From IMG/VR virus record IMGVR_UViG_3300005573_000079: 22,810 nt of DNA; one strand, given 5' to 3'. Both the position numbers and the translations under genes were made by a program. Origin of the DNA: an uncultured virus (IMG/VR IMGVR_UViG_3300005573_000079). Lineage: Duplodnaviria; Heunggongvirae; Uroviricota; Caudoviricetes; Crassvirales. Positions 19,104 through 22,810 of this stretch are shown in pieces. The notes below the pieces were generated by a model that was not told the origin of the DNA, searched no databases, and saw nothing but the letters and a program-made list of their open reading frames with translations. Each line of letters starts with the position of its first letter. The stretch's first letter is position 1.

Positions 19104-19140
19104 GTGGAAGGGTGTAATTACATTGTAATTACACCCCCAC
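19104..19140. terminator. Probable bidirectional terminator hairpin between convergent gene blocks
   Basis: GTGG-AA-GGGTGTAATTACA-T-TGTAATTACACCC-CCAC: perfect 13-bp inverted repeat (19110-19122 / 19124-19136) extended by GTGG/CCAC. It fills the 41-nt gap between two convergent stop codons. Tails are U-rich but imperfect (+: GTTATTAT; -: TTATTT). Confidence 0.75.
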
Positions 19141-19144
19141 GTTA

Positions 19145-19393
19145 TTATACAAGTTCTATGTGCGGATATCTACTCTTAATATAACGTGCTATTGTTTGAG
19201 CAGCTCTCTTCTTATTACTACAATAAAATACAGTGTTCAAAGGGTCACCAATAACTTTGTAAGGCTTTTTACGTGCATCTCTCTTTTTAACAATAGCAAG
19301 CCATTTCATAGCAATCTCCCTGGCTACTCTATCTTCTTTAAGTAGCAGAGCATAGGTTGTCAAAGGTTTGGGTTCATTACTTTCGTATATCAT
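19145..19393 (-). CDS. Hypothetical basic protein (82 aa)
   Basis: Last gene of the minus-strand block. Ends with a double TAA TAA next to the hairpin and overlaps the upstream gene by 17 nt. Lys/Arg-rich. Confidence 0.7.
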   Translation of the reverse strand: MIYESNEPKPLTTYALLLKEDRVAREIAMKWLAIVKKRDARKKPYKVIGDPLNTVFYCSNKKRAAQTIARYIKSRYPHIELV

Positions 19394-19667
19394 AAACAGT
19401 TAAATTTTTAACATGTTCAACTTCTTCTTTTGTGTATACACCATAGGTGAGATAAATCCACGAGACAAGCACTTCTGCTTCTTTATCAGTTAATCCTTTC
19501 TCTTTAGCATATTTTAAGCATTCATTAAACACCTGTTCTCTTTTCTCCTTAGTTGTAAGAAATATCTTCTTAAACTTTGGCACATTGTAATAGATAATAG
19601 GAAAGTGATTAATCTCTCCCTGCTTACTAACGAACATTCTTGTTAGTTCCTTTTCTATCTCTGTCAT
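19377..19667 (-). CDS. Hypothetical protein (96 aa)
   Basis: Co-oriented ORF 18 nt downstream of the UNG stop, with an A-rich leader and plausible composition. No recognisable motif. Confidence 0.75.
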   Translation of the reverse strand: MTEIEKELTRMFVSKQGEINHFPIIYYNVPKFKKIFLTTKEKREQVFNECLKYAKEKGLTDKEAEVLVSWIYLTYGVYTKEEVEHVKNLTVYDIRK

Positions 19668-19685
19668 AACTTTCTGTTTTAGCTG

Positions 19686-20375
19686 TTACCACTCTATTTC
19701 TTTCTTATTACAAGCAGATAAATACTCATTACATGCCCTGAAATGCCCGCACCCCTTGAATGGAGTGCTTGTCTTATCATATCCAAGGGGTGATGGATGA
19801 GATGCTTTCAAACACAGATGACCTAGATTTATAATCACAGGGGTTACACTCTGTGCATAATTACCCCACAACATCCAAACAAGCATAGGCTTAGTGTTAA
19901 GTGCTCTTGTAACTATTCTAGTAAATGGCTCCCATAGTTTAGTATGTGTACCGGGTTTATTGCGTACAACCGTATGAGCTACATTTAATAGTAGTACACC
20001 CTGTTGTACCCATGAAGTAAGGGATATATCTTTGCAAGCATCTTCACCATATTCAGCTCTAACCTCAGCGATAATATTCACAAGGCTTGGGCTGATAGTT
20101 TTAGTTGTAGGGTTATTACCAAAAGCATGTCCTATGAATACTCCAGGCTGTGGATAAGGGTCTTGACCTATAATAACCACATTGGTTTTATAGAACGGCA
20201 AATCTCTGAATATTTTGAGTATCAACGGAGACCCTAATGGTGGTTCTACAGGTGAGTGTGCTCTTTCTGAGAGCACTTTCTTGCTAATAGAAGCAAGTAG
20301 TAACCACACATTAGGGTCTGCTGATTCTAATGCCTCACACCAATCTTCAGAGAAATACTTTTTAAGTTCATTCAT
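19686..20375 (-). CDS. ung: Uracil-DNA glycosylase, family 1 (229 aa)
   Basis: VVIIGQDPYP (GQDPY 20154-20168), SPSLVNI, WVQQGVLLLN, GTHTKLWEPFT, MLWGNYAQ, SHPSPL (HPSPL 19785-19799) and F.GCGHF..CNEYL: all family-1 UNG motifs in order. Confidence 0.96.
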   Translation of the reverse strand: MNELKKYFSEDWCEALESADPNVWLLLASISKKVLSERAHSPVEPPLGSPLILKIFRDLPFYKTNVVIIGQDPYPQPGVFIGHAFGNNPTTKTISPSLVNIIAEVRAEYGEDACKDISLTSWVQQGVLLLNVAHTVVRNKPGTHTKLWEPFTRIVTRALNTKPMLVWMLWGNYAQSVTPVIINLGHLCLKASHPSPLGYDKTSTPFKGCGHFRACNEYLSACNKKEIEW

Positions 20376-21151
20376 ACTTCTGAGTCTATAAGTTCATTCT
20401 CAATCACAGGTTTACTATCAAGTTCCATATCAGGACTAAGGTCAACTCCAAGAAATTTACTAAGTTCTTTGCGTAGTTCCTCACTCTTATGAAGTACGCT
20501 GTTTACTTTTTTCTTGAGCTCCATGTCTGTATAGTATAGACCAGCTTTGTGCTTAAGTTGGTCAGATACTTTAGAGTACTGGCCATTAAGTATCGCATCA
20601 ACGTCACTAAGATACTCGTCAGGTATAGTATAATAATAGCCAGTGTGATAGGAATCAAGCTCAACACAACCAATATAGAAAGGATGAGCTCTGAAAAGTT
20701 TTTCAGTAAGTAAGTAAGTTTCATGGCTTGAAAATAAATATTTTAATACTAATAAGTTTTTATACTCACGATGTATATAAGCATTGATAAGGTACCAATG
20801 GTATAACATTGTAGTATCTGTGTGCTGTGGTGTACATAAAAGAGGTGTAAGATACAGAGTTACTTTATTTCTTTCTGATACAATCAGAATATAAGAGTGT
20901 TCTTCTTTCTTAACTATAGAGCTTATTCTATAAGGTATTATATAAGGTATAATATGTCCTGTATCAAACATTACTTCTATAACACCACCTCTTGTTATGA
21001 TAGGATTACTACCAATGTACAATTTTTCAATAGCATCTTCTTTGTCTCTTCTTTCTGTAATTAGTGGTGAAGATATAATTACTCTTGTTGCATTAAGCAC
21101 TGCAGCATTTACTCCTTTAATGTCTGTCTCACCACTACTTGTCACTCTCAT
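20372..21151 (-). CDS. Hypothetical phage protein (259 aa)
   Basis: Long ORF coupled to ung by an ATGA 4-nt overlap (20372-20375). Tyr-rich (YLINAY, GQYSKVS). No function recognised. Confidence 0.8.
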   Translation of the reverse strand: MRVTSSGETDIKGVNAAVLNATRVIISSPLITERRDKEDAIEKLYIGSNPIITRGGVIEVMFDTGHIIPYIIPYRISSIVKKEEHSYILIVSERNKVTLYLTPLLCTPQHTDTTMLYHWYLINAYIHREYKNLLVLKYLFSSHETYLLTEKLFRAHPFYIGCVELDSYHTGYYYTIPDEYLSDVDAILNGQYSKVSDQLKHKAGLYYTDMELKKKVNSVLHKSEELRKELSKFLGVDLSPDMELDSKPVIENELIDSEV

Positions 21152-21213
21152 AATCTCCTTGCTTTAGTGGTTAATACTAAGCTTCTTTTACAATACTTCA
21201 CTATGATTTCAAT

Positions 21214-21390
21214 TTAGGAGTGTTGTAAATCTCTCATTAAATCATCAAGTTTCTCTATTAATTTATTCTTTATGCCTTCAGCTTGAGTATATCTTCCATT
21301 GGCATATAAGTTCTGCATGTATTCTACATCCTCGATAAACTTAGCTAAATTTATCGAAACTTCGACAGTTACTTTCATGTACTTATACAT
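21214..21390 (-). CDS. Small hypothetical protein (58 aa; alternative start at Met5) absent from the ORF track
   Basis: Manual translation: MYKYMKVTVEVSINLAKFIEDVEYMQNLYANGRYTQAEGIKNKLIEKLDDLMRDLQHS*. It fills the gap between 21151 and 21412 on the coding strand and has an amphipathic helical pattern. Confidence 0.7.
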   Translation of the reverse strand: MYKYMKVTVEVSINLAKFIEDVEYMQNLYANGRYTQAEGIKNKLIEKLDDLMRDLQHS

Positions 21391-21411
21391 TTAGAATATT
21401 TATACTTACCA

Positions 21412-21660
21412 TTAGTCAAACTTCATTTGTTTATGACATATTGTACATATGATTTTACCATCAACTACATCTATCTCTCGTGGCACAAAGCACTGACAAT
21501 ATTCTTCTTTTGGCACACTCTCCAAAACTTTATACACCATCTGCTTTAACTTCTCTTTAAGAAGCTCAAAGTCACTATAAATCATTTTTCCTTCCACTGT
21601 TTGTGTCATAAGCTCTTGAGCAGTTTGCTCAACTAATTTATCTATATCTTTTTCTTCCAT
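21412..21660 (-). CDS. Small hypothetical protein (82 aa) with a C-terminal putative zinc-binding motif
   Basis: CQC-x14-CTIC (YCQCFVPREIDVVDGKIICTICHKQM) after a helical N-terminus. Confidence 0.75.
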   Translation of the reverse strand: MEEKDIDKLVEQTAQELMTQTVEGKMIYSDFELLKEKLKQMVYKVLESVPKEEYCQCFVPREIDVVDGKIICTICHKQMKFD

Positions 21661-21672
21661 GACTTTAAAAGT

Positions 21673-22101
21673 TTAATATTGGTTGTAAATAACTTGTTCA
21701 AGTAACTCCAGTTCAGCAATATCATTCTCAAGCTTTTTAATTTCAGATATTACTGATTCAAGTGTTTCTTTTCTTTCCTTCAAGAACTTTCTATATGCTG
21801 GAGCTTTTGCTGCGTTAAGGGTTGTGTAAAATTCCTTATTATCATGCCAGAAATATTGCGGGTAATCTGGGTTATCATTAAGCATAGCAACATATCTAAA
21901 CATTTCTTTATTATCTGCTTGAGTCACAAGTAATCTACATGGCTTATGGTCTCTGCAATTTTGGCATTCTATATCATATAATATACAACCCTTATCATCT
22001 ACAACATTACGGACGACATATCGGAACATACCACCCTTCAGTGAATCATATCCATATAGTGAATCACCAACCTTGAGCTTTATTATTTTTTCTTTATTCA
22101 T
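21673..22101 (-). CDS. Hypothetical protein (142 aa), paralog of 22098..22565
   Basis: Shares EKIIKLKxGDxLYG, LYxIEC, CRxLVxQ, FxYVAM, YxWH and a C-terminal coiled coil with its neighbour. ATGA overlap at 22098-22101. Confidence 0.85.
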   Translation of the reverse strand: MNKEKIIKLKVGDSLYGYDSLKGGMFRYVVRNVVDDKGCILYDIECQNCRDHKPCRLLVTQADNKEMFRYVAMLNDNPDYPQYFWHDNKEFYTTLNAAKAPAYRKFLKERKETLESVISEIKKLENDIAELELLEQVIYNQY

Positions 22102-22565
22102 AAGCTATCAGATTTAGCGGGTTCTTGACAATCTTTTAAGAGCATATTTAACTTGTCTATATCCTCTTCAAGTTCTTTAGCTTGCTTCTTCAATAACTCA
22201 AGTTTTTCTTTCTTGTGCCTTAACATATGATTATATGCTGCAATTCTCGCATCTGTGATAGTTAAGTAATATTTCTCATCTTCATGCCAGATATACTTAT
22301 GCCCATACTCATCGTCCCCATACTCATCGTCTAAGTCTATATCAACCATTGCAACGTATTTAAATTTCTTCTCATCGTCAACTTGAGATACGAGTATCCT
22401 GCAATATTCTTTAGGGTCAGAATCTGTACATTCTATTTCATAGAGAACAGCATTTCCATAGTCTCTAATACCGCAAACAATATAAGTAGATATATTGTTT
22501 TTCATTGGTGCACACCCATACAGCATATCACCAATTTTAAGTTTTATTATTTTTTCTGGTTTCAT
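22098..22565 (-). CDS. Hypothetical protein (155 aa), paralog of 21673..22101
   Basis: Same motif series as its neighbour, with an acidic DDEYG duplication and an A-rich leader (TAAAACTTAAAACT-ATG). Confidence 0.85.
   Translation of the reverse strand: MKPEKIIKLKIGDMLYGCAPMKNNISTYIVCGIRDYGNAVLYEIECTDSDPKEYCRILVSQVDDEKKFKYVAMVDIDLDDEYGDDEYGHKYIWHEDEKYYLTITDARIAAYNHMLRHKKEKLELLKKQAKELEEDIDKLNMLLKDCQEPAKSDSL
22302..22331. repeat. Perfect 15-nt tandem duplication (CCCATACTCATCGTC x2) encoding DDEYG-DDEYG
   Basis: Copies at 22302-22316 and 22317-22331, in frame within the 155-aa gene. Confidence 0.95.
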
Positions 22566-22576
22566 AGTTTTAAGTT

Positions 22577-22810
22577 TTAAATATTATTTTTAAGCCAATT
22601 AAATGCCCATTTAATCCCAGCTTTTAAGCCATTATAATAATCCTCACTTCCATAGCCATGAGGTATAAGCTCATTTATTTGTTCTTCTCCTTCAGCATCA
22701 GTTGGTAATTCCTTAATAATGCTTTCTATCACTTCATCAGTCATAGCAAGCAAAGCATTAACAATGTCTTCTCTATCAAAGTCAACTCCAAAGGTTGCTG
22801 CTGTATCTTT
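22577..22810 (-). CDS. 5'-truncated hypothetical protein (last 77 aa visible), absent from the ORF track
   Basis: Open frame from the window edge: KDTAATFGVDFDREDIVNALLAMTDEVIESIIKELPTDAEGEEQINELIPHGYGSEDYYNGLKAGIKWAFNWLKNNI*. The stop lies 11 nt before the next ATG (22565). Confidence 0.75.
   Translation of the reverse strand, partial: KDTAATFGVDFDREDIVNALLAMTDEVIESIIKELPTDAEGEEQINELIPHGYGSEDYYNGLKAGIKWAFNWLKNNI

Larger units (their letters stand above)
1..22810. mobile_element. Fragment of a crAss-like (Crassvirales-type) phage genome: virion RNAP/cargo module converging on a block of small replication/early-type genes
   Basis: Giant single-chain RNAP with RIPTQ...DxDID motifs plus zincin, a neighbouring large zincin/nuclease protein, a strand switch to tightly packed small genes including UNG, a Bacteroidota-type TAnnTTTG element, mostly SD-less AT-rich starts and no bacterial housekeeping genes. 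Confidence 0.9.

Noticed and set aside
21155..21160. Shine-Dalgarno-like AAGGAG before the 259-aa gene (minus strand)
   Set aside because: It is only 3 nt from the ATG and is an isolated case among SD-less starts, so it is not sufficiently supported.
19160..22580. ORFs 19160..19345 (+), 20503..20724 (-) and 22383..22580 (+)
   Set aside because: They are nested in or antisense to better-supported genes and lack independent coding evidence.
1..22810. Stop-codon reassignment (TAG or TGA recoding known in some Crassvirales)
   Set aside because: The 13-kb and 4.8-kb ORFs are intact under the standard code, and TGA serves as stop in two ATGA overlaps. TAG is not used as a stop in the called genes, but it does not interrupt any either, so there is no positive evidence for recoding.
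1..22810. tRNA, rRNA, CRISPR array, IS element or DGR template repeat
   Set aside because: The window is almost entirely coding with very short intergenic gaps. No cloverleaf, regularly spaced repeats, transposase or long duplicated segment was seen.

Overview
The window is a gene-dense fragment of a crAss-like (Crassvirales-type) bacteriophage genome, probably infecting a Bacteroidota host. Positions 1-19103 on the + strand hold three large genes that fit the virion-packaged, ejected transcription module. These are a 5'-truncated protein, a ~4329-aa polyprotein, and a 1608-aa partner. The polyprotein has hydrophobic and coiled-coil N-terminal segments, an HExxH zincin metallopeptidase, a two-barrel RNA polymerase with the catalytic motif SDYDIDK, and a C-terminal SLOG/cpYpsA-like domain whose motifs are in permuted order. 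The partner has a degenerate zincin and a PD-(D/E)xK nuclease. A nested-palindrome hairpin at 19104-19140 separates this block from a convergent minus-strand block of small genes: a family-1 uracil-DNA glycosylase, a tandem paralog pair, a Cys-rich small protein and several hypotheticals, two of which are missing from the ORF track. The most notable observations are the RNAP-SLOG fusion, juxtaposed terminal cysteines on the two giant proteins, apparent GATC avoidance, and the palindromic convergence site. All assignments come from motif recognition by eye; no searches were run.
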